From: an uncultured Clostridia bacterium
Lineage (GTDB): Bacteria; Bacillota; Clostridia; Christensenellales; UBA1242
Assembly: GCA_934777435.1 (NCBI GenBank)
Contig: CAKVNK010000002.1
Location: 195,889 to 259,888, forward strand
Length of the DNA stretch: 64,000 nt
Direction: 5' to 3'
Every line of letters begins with the position of its first letter. Position 1 is the first letter of the stretch. Below the pieces are notes generated by a model, which saw only the letters and a list, made by a program, of their open reading frames with translations, was not told the origin of the DNA and searched no databases. Shown one piece after another: positions 10,499 to 22,500 of this stretch. Made by a program: the position numbers and the translations under genes.

Positions 10499-10780
10499 GT
10501 TAGCATGGCGTAGAACTTATTTTGGATATGGTTATCTTTTTTTACTTAAACGGTGTGTGGAGTGGTTGGTTTGTGTCAGTGTGTACGTGTATGTTTGTAT
10601 GTATATTTGTAACAGTGGTTTTAGGTAAAAGGTAAATGCTTTAATTTTGCAGTTTCGACAAATTTAATGAAAAAAAACATTAACCGCTTAAATTAGACAT
10701 CTTTTTTTGACGAATTTATTTTGTTTACTTCAAATAGTTTTATATGCTGTAATTATTACCAAAACAAAAATGGGGGAATT

Positions 10781-11122
10781 ATGAGAAAAAAAATTAAAGG
10801 TAAATTGTATTTTTTAGCAAGAGATGCTAAAAGCAGGATGAAAAATTATAATAGGGAAAAATCAGTTTTTGAACAAATGCCATATGCAAAAATTGGTTTA
10901 AGTGAAAAAGAACAGGGGTTGTATGAACGTGTTTGCCGTATTTTGGATAGTGATAGTATTGTGATTAATCCGATTAAAGAACTTATTGATAACAGATATT
11001 ACAACACTTTGACACTTGAAGGTAAACAAAAATACATATTTGATTTAAGTGAAAAGTATAAAGAAATGAAGCTAAGATATGAGCGAGAACACCAAGAATT
11101 TGCCAATGTTTCAAATATTTAA
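10781..11122 (+). CDS. Hypothetical protein
   Basis: Start set at ATG 10781 (GGGGGA RBS). 113 aa, basic N-terminus. No family recognised. Confidence 0.5.
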   Translation: MRKKIKGKLYFLARDAKSRMKNYNREKSVFEQMPYAKIGLSEKEQGLYERVCRILDSDSIVINPIKELIDNRYYNTLTLEGKQKYIFDLSEKYKEMKLRYEREHQEFANVSNI

Positions 11123-11127
11123 AATTT

Positions 11128-11170
11128 TTGTACAAAATGTTGACTTTTGTACAAAAATTGTTTATAGTGT
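11128..11170 (+). promoter_or_regulatory. Promoter with two TTGTACAA palindromic boxes
   Basis: TTGACT (-35), a 17-nt spacer, then TATAGT (-10). TTGTACAA boxes at 11128-11135 and 11147-11154; the second sits inside the spacer. Confidence 0.4.
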
Positions 11171-11199
11171 TTTTAAGTTAAAGCAAAAGGACGGATAAA

Positions 11200-11622
11200 A
11201 TGGACTGTGTAATTACGAATAAATCTCGTGTTGAGAATCAAGAGCAAATATTTGAAAAGGTTTGTTCGTTTTTGGAAATGCCTATGCCAGACTTGATTGA
11301 AACTGAATTTGTTAGGCAATTTAGAGAATTGTGCTTGATAAAATTGTTTTATGCTATTGGTGTTGGTAACAAATATAATGGTAAGAACAGATTTTTTGGC
11401 TTTGTTTCGCTTGTTTTGGGACAGGCTGTTAGTGATGTGTTAAATTTAGGCATAACTATTGCACCTGATTATTTAAGACTCATAAAATATGATGGAATCA
11501 ACTTTGTTAATCAAATTAAACAGTTTTTACAAACTGAAGACCTTGAAAATGCAATGATAGACGCGTTTGATTTATGTGACGATAATGTTCAAACGATTAA
11601 TAGTATTGATTTCGAAATTTAA
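11200..11622 (+). CDS. Hypothetical protein
   Basis: AAGGA RBS. 140 aa. No family recognised. Confidence 0.5.
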   Translation: MDCVITNKSRVENQEQIFEKVCSFLEMPMPDLIETEFVRQFRELCLIKLFYAIGVGNKYNGKNRFFGFVSLVLGQAVSDVLNLGITIAPDYLRLIKYDGINFVNQIKQFLQTEDLENAMIDAFDLCDDNVQTINSIDFEI

Positions 11623-11855
11623 ATAAATGGCATGTTTTAGTCGATAATTTTAAATGGTGATTGTTGAATATCAATCAAAAGTTTAAGTTTTAATTTTAAA
11701 CTGCTAATTTTTTAAAGCTATTAAATAAACTTGTGTTTAAATTGTGGATTCTTGGTGGGTTAGGATTGCATTATTTTTTGTTTTTCAGCGATTGATTGTG
11801 TTTGTTAAATTTGGGGTTAGTTTACAGTGGCGAAAATAAAAAGTTTAGCAAAATG

Positions 11856-12536
11856 CTAAACTTTTTTTGCAATCACATTACCATTTGAACTATCCAATAA
11901 TACACCAACCATTTCACCGTTTGTTGAGATAATGCCAACATACCAATAATAACGGTCTTGCTCTGTTGATGAATCTTTAACAATTTTCATTACGGCTTCA
12001 ATTTTATTGTTTTTGTCAGAAGTTAATTGTTTGATGTTTGATTTAAGTTCTTTGTTTGCAATTTTAATTGCATTATCCTTATCAACTGCGAATTGTGAGG
12101 AAGTGTTAACAAGTTCTTTGTTGAAACTATAACCGGTGAAAAGCACTTGAACTGTTACTATTGCGTCCGCTGGGGCAGTGGCTTGAATATCGGCTGAGTA
12201 AGAATTATCCACTTCACTTTTTTGCAACTGACCAGTGTAGGTTTGGTCATTAATTTTAACGGTGTAAGTGTATGTGTCGTTGCTCATAGGGGCACAGTCA
12301 AGGCGTGATAAGGTCACAATGCCAAATTCCACCATATTGTTTTTTATGCCGTCAAAATTGTAGTTTTCTTCACGCATACCTGAACTGAAACTTGCTGTGT
12401 AAACATCATCTTGTGCAACATATAAATTTTGGCGTTCTTCAATCAAATAGTCGTTTAAATTTAAATCTTTGTTTCCACAAGCGGCTAAAAAGATTGAACA
12501 GACTGCTACAAATAAGATTAAAATTTTCTTTTTCAT
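11856..12536 (-). CDS. Lipoprotein, function unknown
   Basis: MKKKILILFVAVCSIFLAACGNKD: signal peptide with a lipobox (LAAC). Confidence 0.7.
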   Translation of the reverse strand: MKKKILILFVAVCSIFLAACGNKDLNLNDYLIEERQNLYVAQDDVYTASFSSGMREENYNFDGIKNNMVEFGIVTLSRLDCAPMSNDTYTYTVKINDQTYTGQLQKSEVDNSYSADIQATAPADAIVTVQVLFTGYSFNKELVNTSSQFAVDKDNAIKIANKELKSNIKQLTSDKNNKIEAVMKIVKDSSTEQDRYYWYVGIISTNGEMVGVLLDSSNGNVIAKKV

Positions 12537-12622
12537 ATTTTACCTCACAATTATCATATTTGCTTGTCCGCTTTATTAGAACTTGGTTGACAAATTTTTT
12601 GCATGGCTGTATCATAAAAGCA

Positions 12623-13504
12623 ATGAAAAATACAACCAGCAATTTATGCAATATCTGCCCACGTGCTTGCAATGTTTTAAGAGATAAGCAGGTTGGTTTT
12701 TGCAATCAAACGGACAAGTTACGTATAAGCAAAGTGATGTTACATCATTATGAAGAACCTTGTATCAGTGGCACTGAAAATGATAAAGGTAGTGGTGCAA
12801 TTTTCTTTGCTGGGTGCAACTTAAAATGTGTGTTTTGCCAGAATTATGAGATAAGTTATTTTAATAAAGGTAAAAACATTTCAATAAAAAAACTGGTTAA
12901 AATATTTAAAAGATTAGAGCGTGCTGGGGCGTTAAATATCAATTTTGTAACGCCAACGCATTTTACTAATCAAATTATTGAAGCATTAAAGATATACAAA
13001 CCACAAATTCCAATAGTGTGGAATAGTGGCGGATATGAAACCAAGGCTACAATAGAACAATTATCAGGTTTGGTGGATGTGTACTTGGTTGATATGAAGT
13101 ATGCTTCTGATGAACTGGCAATGCGTTACAGTAAAGCATCTAATTATGTGAAAAACAATCAAGAAGTTGTGCTTGAAATGGTGCGCCAACAACCAAAAAA
13201 TGTATTTGAAAATGGCTTGCTTAAAAAGGGTGTGATTATACGCCATTTAATATTACCAACTCACACTGACGATAGTTTGCGATGTCTAGATTTTGTGGCT
13301 AACAATATTGGTAAAGATGCTATTGTTAGTTTGATGAGTCAGTATGAACCAAGATTTAAAGCAGTTGAATATCCTGAAATCAACCGAAAAATAACTCCGC
13401 TTGAATATAAGAGAGTTGTTCATCATGCGTTGGAACTTGGTCTTATGAATTGCTATACACAAGACCTGTCCAGTGCGGATAGTAAATATACACCAAAATT
13501 TTAA
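12623..13504 (+). CDS. Radical SAM protein, PflX-like (pyruvate formate-lyase activase homologue)
   Basis: Start trimmed to ATG 12623, because the longer ORF overlaps the opposite-strand lipoprotein. N-terminal CNICPRAC cluster plus the radical-SAM motif CNLKCVFCQN. Confidence 0.85.
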   Translation: MKNTTSNLCNICPRACNVLRDKQVGFCNQTDKLRISKVMLHHYEEPCISGTENDKGSGAIFFAGCNLKCVFCQNYEISYFNKGKNISIKKLVKIFKRLERAGALNINFVTPTHFTNQIIEALKIYKPQIPIVWNSGGYETKATIEQLSGLVDVYLVDMKYASDELAMRYSKASNYVKNNQEVVLEMVRQQPKNVFENGLLKKGVIIRHLILPTHTDDSLRCLDFVANNIGKDAIVSLMSQYEPRFKAVEYPEINRKITPLEYKRVVHHALELGLMNCYTQDLSSADSKYTPKF

Positions 13505-13593
13505 AGTTGAGTTGTTGTGTGGTGCTTTGTGTTGGTTAAAAATAAAAAGTTGATAAGGTGACGTTTTTTAACAGTATGATGGGTTGAAAGTAA

Positions 13594-13628
13594 TAAAAAA
13601 GATAACTTAAACATAGGTTATCTTTTTT
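13594..13628. terminator. Bidirectional terminator between convergent genes
   Basis: Stem gataac/gttatc flanked by an A-run and a T-run. Confidence 0.6.
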
Positions 13629-13674
13629 CTTTTTATTTATTAAATTTGGTGTTCTGATAACAGGTTGTTTTTGC

Positions 13675-14097
13675 TTAATATTTTGCAATGCGTCTAGCGT
13701 GTCTTCCACCTTCAAATTCACTGGTTAAAAACACTTTGATAATTTTAATCATTGCACGAGTGCTTAAAAGACGTGCCCCCATAGTGAGAACATTTGCATC
13801 TTCGTCTTTACGGGCAAGGTATGCGATTGCTTGGTCATAAGCATTAACTGCACGGATACCTTTTTGTCTGTTTGCAACAATATTTGCACCAACACCAGAA
13901 CCACAAAGGAAGATACCACAGTTATCTGGACTTTTTAAAACTTCTTGTGTTGCTGGGGCAATAAGGTCAGGGTAGTCATCTTCTTTGTTGAATTCTGCTG
14001 GACCCATGTATTTGTATTCAATTTTTTTGTTATCAAAAAAGTGCATAAGTTTTTGCATGGCATCATAGCCCGCATGGTCACAAGATAAAATAATCAT
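13675..14097 (-). CDS. rpiB: Ribose-5-phosphate isomerase B (RpiB/LacA/LacB family)
   Basis: 140 aa. Contains MIILSCDHAGY and GIFLCGSGVGANIVANR motifs. Confidence 0.9.
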   Translation of the reverse strand: MIILSCDHAGYDAMQKLMHFFDNKKIEYKYMGPAEFNKEDDYPDLIAPATQEVLKSPDNCGIFLCGSGVGANIVANRQKGIRAVNAYDQAIAYLARKDEDANVLTMGARLLSTRAMIKIIKVFLTSEFEGGRHARRIAKY

Positions 14098-14450
14098 AAA
14101 CGTTCCTTTTATAATGATTGTTATTTTAAAAAATTTTCATGTAAGATTAAGGTATGATGGCGTGAAAATTTATTTGTTTTAAATAATAATCATTTAAATA
14201 TTGTAATTTATTATTATTTTAATTAAAAATTAATAAAAAATCTAGCAAAATACTTGTTTTTTTAAAAATGTTATAAAATTTGTGTTGTTAAATTTTATTG
14301 AGCTGTCGTGATTGTTCTTTGTTTTTGGTTGGCTGTAACATGAATTTGTTTGCGTTATATACTTAGTGTGATTATAAAATTATTATTCATAAGGTGTATC
14401 GCAACAATGTTTTTATTTACAAAGTTGATTTTTTGTGCTAAAATACAGGC

Positions 14451-14924
14451 ATGAATAAAATAAACAAAAGGTGCCCAAGATGTGATATGAAAATGCCAGT
14501 GCAAGCAAAAATTTGCCCTGGCTGTGGGCTTAATTATGATAAGTTTGATATGGCAACAAATCGTGCCGGTAAACTTGCTGTTAAAGAAGGCAGAAAAGAC
14601 GATATTGTTATGCGTAAAGGTTGCCCAGCAGATGTTAACAAAACTAAACTTTTGTTGATAACAATTTTTTTAGGTTTCACTGGTGCACATAATTATTATG
14701 TTGGCAGGTATGGGCGTGGAATATTCTTTACAGTTTTCTTTTTATTTGGGCTTGCAAATGCAGTGCTTACAACAATTTTTAAAACTGCAATAACTGGTAT
14801 GTTTTATGAAGTGTTAACAATTTTGGCATTAATTTGGGGTGCTGTGTTATTGACATGGATGTTTGATATTGTTAATGTTGTTTTTAACAAATATAGGATA
14901 CCTGTAAGTTTAGATATAGATTAA
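14451..14924 (+). CDS. Zinc-ribbon plus TM2-domain membrane protein
   Basis: N-terminal CPRC...CPGCG ribbon. TM2-like motif LGFTGAHNYYVGRYGRG. Confidence 0.7.
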   Translation: MNKINKRCPRCDMKMPVQAKICPGCGLNYDKFDMATNRAGKLAVKEGRKDDIVMRKGCPADVNKTKLLLITIFLGFTGAHNYYVGRYGRGIFFTVFFLFGLANAVLTTIFKTAITGMFYEVLTILALIWGAVLLTWMFDIVNVVFNKYRIPVSLDID

Positions 14925-15131
14925 TAAATTTATTATTATAAAATTTTGTTCAAAAAAAATAATTATAAAAAAATTAAAAAATAATTAGATAAATAAAAAA
15001 TTAATTAAAAAATATGTAATTTATAATAAAAATATTAAATTTTTAATAAAGAACCTATTTAAAATAGTGTTTTAAGCAATTAATAATTGAATTTAATTAA
15101 AAATAAATTAAAAAATATTTAGGAGAAATAT

Positions 15132-16217
15132 ATGCAAAACAAAACTGTTGTGGTTGGGCTTTCTGGTGGTGTTGATAGTTCAGTTGCGGCCTACCTTTTA
15201 AAAAAACAAGGCTATAATGTTATTGGTCTTTTTATGCTTAACTGGGAAGAAAACGATGCAAATGGAAATTGCACTGCAGAACAAGATTTTGAAGATGTTA
15301 AACGTGTGGCAAATAAAATTGGCATACCTTATTACACCGTTAATTATGCCAAGGAATATAAAGATAGAGTTTTCAGTTATTTTTTAGATGAATACGAAAA
15401 AGGATATACACCTAACCCTGATGTGATGTGTAATAAAGAAATTAAATTTGGCCCATTTTTAAAGCATGCTATGGAACTTGGTGCAGATTATATTGCTACT
15501 GGACATTATTGCAAAAGGGTGGATAGAGATGGTAAAGTTTATCTTTATAAATCACATGATAAAAATAAAGACCAAACTTACTTTTTAAATCAACTTAATC
15601 AATCTCAACTTGAAAAAACGCTTTTCCCTTTGGCAGATATAGATAAAACTGAAGTGCGTGCGATTGCAAAAGAATTGGGGTTAAGCACAGCAGAAAAGAA
15701 GGATAGTACTGGTATTTGCTTTATTGGTGAGCGTAATTTTAGGCAATTTTTAAAAACGTTTTTGCCAGCTCAACCAGGGGTTATAAAAGACTTGCAGGGC
15801 AATGTTGTTGGCAAACATGATGGTGTTATGTATTATACAATCGGTCAACGCAGAGGACTCAACATTGGTGGTAAAAATGGTTATGATGCGGATAGATGGT
15901 TTGTTGTAAGAAAAGATGTTAAAACTAACACTTTGTATGTGAATTGTGGCGAGTGTGATGAAATGTTTAGTACAGGTTGTATCGTGACAGATTTTAACTG
16001 GATAACTGACACTAAAAGCGAAAACTTCGATTGTTTTGTTAAGTTGAGATACCGCCAACCAGACCAGGCAGTTAAAGTTGAAGTTATTGATGAACATACA
16101 TTGAAATTGAATTTTGCGGAAAAACAACGTGCGGTGACTATTGGTCAATTTGCGGTGTTGTATGGCGCTGACGGCATGTGCTATGGCGGTGGCAGAATTA
16201 ATGAGTTGGTAAAATAA
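15132..16217 (+). CDS. mnmA: tRNA 2-thiouridine(34) synthase MnmA
   Basis: PP-loop VVVGLSGGVDSSVAA, NPDVMCN and TGHY motifs. Length is as expected for the family. Confidence 0.95.
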   Translation: MQNKTVVVGLSGGVDSSVAAYLLKKQGYNVIGLFMLNWEENDANGNCTAEQDFEDVKRVANKIGIPYYTVNYAKEYKDRVFSYFLDEYEKGYTPNPDVMCNKEIKFGPFLKHAMELGADYIATGHYCKRVDRDGKVYLYKSHDKNKDQTYFLNQLNQSQLEKTLFPLADIDKTEVRAIAKELGLSTAEKKDSTGICFIGERNFRQFLKTFLPAQPGVIKDLQGNVVGKHDGVMYYTIGQRRGLNIGGKNGYDADRWFVVRKDVKTNTLYVNCGECDEMFSTGCIVTDFNWITDTKSENFDCFVKLRYRQPDQAVKVEVIDEHTLKLNFAEKQRAVTIGQFAVLYGADGMCYGGGRINELVK

Positions 16218-16230
16218 AACGTTTAAAAAA

Positions 16231-16305
16231 AATAATTAAAAAATATTTAAAAATTTAAAAAATAATTAAAAAATATTTAAAAATTTAAAAAATAATTAAA
16301 AAATA
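16231..16305. repeat. AT-only 30-bp tandem repeat (2.5 copies)
   Basis: The unit aataattaaaaaatatttaaaaatttaaaa occurs at 16231 and 16261, with a partial copy at 16291. Confidence 0.85.
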
Positions 16306-16540
16306 AATAAAAATATCATAAATATTAGTAAAAATATCAAAAATAATTAATTTTTTGGTATTTTTTATTTCCATGTTTTAGATGTTGTGCCTAAATAAAA
16401 TATTTAATTTGTAAACAAAAATTGTTGATTTTGAAATTCGTAGAAAGATATTTGTTATCATTCTGCTTGAATTGTTACTGTTTGGTTTTAATAATATTTC
16501 GCTGTTAAATGATATGATTTTAATATGTTGTGATAAATAT

Positions 16541-16569
16541 TTGTAAAAAGAAATTGATTGTGTTAAACT
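16541..16569 (+). promoter_or_regulatory. Putative sigma-70-type promoter of giant gene 1
   Basis: TTGTAA, 17 nt, TG-T-TAAACT. A near-identical ~38-nt block is found upstream of giant gene 2. Confidence 0.5.
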
Positions 16570-16591
16570 ATGTTTAAACAGTAGGGGATAA

Positions 16592-19500
16592 ATGGTTTTT
16601 GAACGTAGTAAAAATCGTATAGAACTATCAACAATCATATTTGCGATTGTTGCCCTTTTTGTGTCATCAATATTTGCTTTTGGTTTGAATTTTATACAAG
16701 TAGGTTATGCAGCAGCACCTTCTAGCCGCTACACATTTTATTTTACATGTCAAGAAACAGAGTATTGGTCTGGTGACGCTGTTATGGAAACAATGTACAC
16801 TTATTTCGATGATGATATAGAATTAGCTTATTCACCTAATGATTATCCTGATTACATAAAAAAAGATGAAAATGGTGCCCAATATAGATTTAAGGGGTGG
16901 AGAGTAGAAAAGTTACAAAGTTATTATGGAACAGGTGACCCATTAACAGCTAAAGTTGCTAGTGTTGTTGATGAGTGTGCTTCTGATAGATTCGAACTTT
17001 ACCAACCTACTGGACCGATTGGTGACTTAGCATACTATAGATGTGTTGCACTCTGGGAAAAACGCTATTTTAATGAAGAAATAATTGCTAGTGATGATGA
17101 AAGTTGGACTCCACTTGGAACGGAAGGAAAGGGAATTGTTTACTCTGTGTTTGACTATGACAATAGTTATAATGGGGACTATATAGACTTTGGTGGAGAT
17201 AGAGAATTTCGCATCAATATGTTTGCGACAGGTACAGACATGTGTGATTATGAATCTATAAAATTCTTTGATAGTGTGTATTACGATAAATACACGCAGT
17301 ATTATGATGATTACGAGAAGATGTGTGAAGTGTTTGAGGAGTCTATGTATGAGGAGGATCCGGAAGTTATTGGTGTAATACCAGGCTCGGCTGCTAAATC
17401 TATTTGGTACATGGAAAGACCTGACCCTGTTATTAACAACAATAAATCAACACCAAGATTAAGAAGATTTTGTGATTGGAAAAGATTGAATTTTTACATT
17501 AGATTTCAACCTAATAGTGGTTCAATTCAGAATTTGTGTGTGGGCAGTTTTTGGATACCAGCGTTACCAAGGTCAATGTATAATAAACTGCCTGGTATCA
17601 CCACGAATTCGCCATTTGTTACTTCAAGCACTGCTTATAATGACTTAGATGTTAAATGTCAAATGTTTTCAATTTATAACTATGAATTCAAAACTATGAT
17701 GGAAATGCAGTATAGTGATGGTGTGAATGACCCGGCCTATTTTATACAGTTTTTGGGGTTTAACGTTGAGGGTGGTGCTGATGTGGGGTCATCAACTATT
17801 TCTGTCTATGCTGATTATAGGGAAAAAGATTGGCGTAAAGAAAGTGGTGATGTTTTCTTAAAGTATAATTTGGTATTTAATCAACCAAACAATGTATCCA
17901 CAGGTAAAAATGCCGGGGCTTTTTGGTATAAAAAATTGGGTACAACAGGTGACTTTACTAAAGTGCAAGCTGATGATGGTAGTCCATGTGCTTTAACAAT
18001 GGCTATTTATGACAAAACAAAAATTGATATTACATATTCAAATAATGAAACAGTGTTTACATTTTATATGAGTTCTTACACATATTCAAGGAGAACTATA
18101 AAATATTCAATAGCTGATGGTTATAGATTTGATTCGTTAAATAGAAATGGAAATCAAGATTTATCGCCACAGAATAACTTAACAAGTCAAAGTTTTGTTA
18201 CGGATAAAGATGAAGAAATAAATTTAAATTACCAACTTATTTATTATAATCTATCAATAGGTTATACAACAATAGGGTTGAGTAATAACACAAAAGCATA
18301 TTTAGCATCATCTGAATATAGACCTAACAACGACAAAACATATCAAGATGTTACTAGACTAAAAAATTCTTGCCTGTCAGTTGAGGGCTATGAATTGCCA
18401 ACTGCTTCCAATACAACAGCTTTAACTGATATTTTTGGTGAAGACTATGCGACTTTGGTGTCAAACCAAAAAGTATTTAGTGGTTGGCTATTGGATTTAA
18501 CGGCCTTGGAAAGATTGGGCTATACATATGATGAAAACACAAACACCGCAACAAGAAGTTATAATTATAAAACAAGCCCTATTGTGCAACAAGTTGATGA
18601 ACCGACTTGGGTGAAGTTTGAGGCAGGCAAAGCAAGTACAACCTTAAATGGAGAAAGAAGGATTTGTTTAAAACTTACTAAAATATATGGCTTTGGTAAC
18701 TTTGTGTTTGGTTTAAGCAATGTTGCAAGTGCTGGATTTATTTGGGGGGATAATAGCAAACATATTTCATCGGAATCATTTGTTTTGCCTATTGTGCCAA
18801 ACTGGTCTTCACAATACAATTTAAGCATTTCAAATCCAATAAGGACCGTGAATTTTGTAAGTTCAAAAGATAGCGTGAGTGGCGTGTTGAAAAACACATC
18901 AAGTACAATTTATAGCACGGTTAACTTTAAAGTAACCAGCAATTCAAACATAGATTTTGTTTTCCCTAAGGGTGCTGCTTTTTGTTCTTATGCAAATATT
19001 ACATCATATTCAGAGATATATGATGAAAATGGAAATTATGGGTTGTTTAATTATGGGCATGATATTATAGGTTATCAGATATCGTTTAAATATGGCGGGA
19101 TGACTTACTATCCTTATTATTACAAACCAGCAAATGCGATAATAAAATCTTGGAAAGCACTATATTTAAAAAATGGAAATTATTATTATACCACTTATGG
19201 CAGTTCAGGCACCGCGACAGATGTACAATGCAATGTTTCAACAATAAATAATCAAATCTATATGTCTATAAAAGATTTCAGCTACACATTGTTTGGAAAG
19301 ACATCTACTGCTGACATGCAATCTTTGATAAGATGTTTTGCAAGTTGGACTCAAGGTGATTTTGTGTTGCGTGACACAACTTTTGTTGTTACTCCAGTTT
19401 GGGATAATGCTAAAATTAATATAACAGAGTCAATGCCAAATCAATTTGGGTCGGCTTCAAAAATTGATACATTTACAATAAAGTTTGAAGATGCTTACAA

Positions 19501-22500
19501 CATCGATTTTGGCAATTCTGATTCAACAGGCAAAAGTATTGCTTACTATGAAACAAGGTCTTATAATGCCGTTGTTGCAAATGCTAACAAAACATCTACC
19601 GATGTTTATTGGAATTATTACAAAATACCTAAATCAGACTATGTTTACAATTCAATAAATCATTCATACACAGTTACACTTTCGAAGGTTGAAGTTGATA
19701 ATGTGTATTGCATTTATATAAAAGATGTTTCTAATATAAATTTAGCACAAAATGGTAATTATACCATTTCTGAAACTGCTGAAAATTTAAATTTTAGTTC
19801 GAATTATGATAATATATATAAAACAAGGTATAGAACATTTCTTCATTTTGGAAATAGTTATGGTTATTCCACTTTGCCAAGTTATGTCAAAGGCGTAACT
19901 ACAGATCGTTATGCAAACATGTTTAGAAATGCTGTTAACACATATAAAAATCATATAGACGAAACGCAAGTTTCAGTTGAAACATTACGAAAGTTCCATT
20001 TACGCACTGTGTACAATGGGGCGAATGGAAGATATATTTGGGTGGCAAATAACCACACTATTGGAGATTTAGCATTTGCCAAAGATTACTATGAAAACAT
20101 AGCATTCAGGTTTAATGGTGTTAATGGTGCATATGCATTAACAACAAGTAAATACAGAGGAACATTTGTTCCACATTCAGACTATTTAATTAATGACCCC
20201 GCAGGTTTACAGTTTAAAACACAAAACGTTAAGTCAATAAGAAACACAAGTTGGACAATAGATATGGACGTAAACCACATAGGTGAAGAACCAACACTTG
20301 TGCCAATATATTTCAGAGAGTCGTACAAACTCAATTTGAATTACTATTACAAAGCAGGTACATATGAATACAATGGCTTTGTTGGATACTTAAATGTAGT
20401 AGTTACCGACAACGCTGCAGAAACAAGTTCAACAGGTGGCAATGGTAAATATTTGGTATACTACAACAGCAATAAGTCAAAATGTGTAATATACAAGTAT
20501 GACACAACATCAGATACAAAACGATATAAATTAAGTTTATGGTTTGATGAATTAACAGAAGATAAAATAGTAGATTGTATAGTAATCTACCGTGGTTGTG
20601 ATGTAACCATAGAAGCCATAGACCAAAGCAAAGTATTAGATTTGAACAAAGAAAACAGTTTCTATGACCCAATGATAGGTTACAGATACACTGGAGAATT
20701 GAGTGGTAGAGTAGCGGGTGTTGAAAAGACATCATTAGATAGTTATGGATACACAATTCCATTTAACACAAACACAGAAGTAGGACAAGTAACCACAATT
20801 AATGGCTTATTTAGTGACGCGGAGCCAGTATATGTAAATGCTGGTGACTATATTAGTTTAAGCATATACTTTGCCCCTATTAACTATGACACAACCATAG
20901 CGATGACAGATACAAATGCTGGTCAGGTGCAGATTTCACGATTGGGCAACAGCAATGTCATAACAACAAGCCAACCATACAAGTTAACAAACTTGCAAAG
21001 GGGTAGTGTTGCCGAGTTCTTCTATTACGCCTATGCAGGATATGGGTTAATGGAAGAAGATTTCACCATATCCAATAATTGGATAAAGAGTTTAGATATG
21101 TCTGGTAACGAGATAGCAAGGCAAACAGATAGAGAGAAGCAGACATACAAACTTAATTTAAGTGGTGCGTGGTTAAGGATATACTTATACAAAGATGGTA
21201 CATATTCAGTAGATGCATCACAAACATTAGGTCAGATAGATGTAAACATAAAGATGTTAGAGTTTGATATTTACACTAGCATCATAGATAAATATACAAC
21301 TAAACTTGAAACTCAATGGGCAGAGAAAGGTTGGAAATTAGATAATCAATTTATATGGGAATTGCCAGTAACAGAGTTAAAAACTTATGACGGAAATACC
21401 ATATATGCATATTACCATAACGACAAGTATTATGCATTGTTAAGCAGTTGGGCAAACCAACCAAGAACACCAACCACAAGAACATTGTTGGCAGATAATT
21501 ACACTTTCTTGCTTGAAGATAAGCCAGTTAATACATACAACATAACCACAGATATATTGTTTAATATGGTGTTAACAGAACGTGGCATCATAGTACCTGA
21601 AGAAAACAGGTATATGTACTTCAATCTTGAAGTGGTAGAGATGTACAAATTGAGTTTGGCAATAGTTGTAGGTGTTAATGATACCAACTGTTCAACCAGA
21701 ACATTAACAATATCTAACACAGATAACAATACAGTAACACTTACAGCAGGCAGTGAATATATTGCATCACAAACCATGCCATATATCTACACATACCGTT
21801 GGTTGGAAAATGACTTAACGGCAACATTTGTAGATAAATATTATACAGGTGTAACATTTACAGCAACAGAAGGTGATGTTGTTCAACCAATAACTTCACC
21901 AATGCAAGCGACATCGGATATGGTTATATATGCAAACTTCACACCAGTTCAGTTGCTGGTAGATTTAACCTTTAATTACAATGGAACAAAGGTAATACAA
22001 AATCCAACAACAAGTGCGGTAGACAAAGCCAAGATAGCGGAATACTTTACATCATGGCAGATGACAACAAAATCTGGAGTGCAAAACAACATAACCAACA
22101 GCACAGAGACAGGTAAAGTTGTAGCAAATGATACTATTGCGATGGCATATACATTGAAGCCAATATACAATGTAACCATAAAGGTAAACAACAGTGCATC
22201 AAGGTTAATCTACGATACAACCACAGGCAGTTACAAAGCAGTGGTTTCAACAGACGACTATATTTCAGGTAAAGTGGAGATAGTTGTAGATATTGTGGAT
22301 AAGAAGCAAGGACAACTTAACTTAAAAGTAGATAAAGACAATTCAAATGGAGCAGTGTTCCATACCCAAGAAGCAGAGACAATGGAAACATTTGCGGACT
22401 TGTGGATAAATGGGATAAACTATGGTAAAACAGGTTCATTTATGTCTGGTTACACAGTAAAGATTAAGTTAAATTCAATACCAACAGGTTACAAATATGT

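Noticed and set aside
12392-12622. N-terminal 77-aa extension of the radical SAM ORF (TTG start), and similar extensions of rplM (44072-44146), the Zot-like gene (59518-59550) and 59802-60059
   Set aside because: The extensions overlap opposite-strand genes or intergenic structure, lack an RBS, and have odd composition. Internal ATG codons with good SD sequences give family-typical N-termini.
16231-16305. Possible CRISPR array (this tandem repeat and those at 33847-33929 and 36777-36816)
   Set aside because: The repeats are directly adjacent with no unique spacers, there are only 2-3 copies, the sequence is pure AT, and no cas genes are nearby.
20403-20762. Antisense ORFs of 60-131 aa inside the giant genes (e.g. 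20403-20762, 22837-23232 and their copies at +7250)
   Set aside because: They lie entirely within and opposite to long, well-supported ORFs. They are Leu/Cys/His-rich, as expected for antisense frames, and have no RBS. Their only use is as evidence that the two 3.5-kb blocks are identical at nucleotide level.
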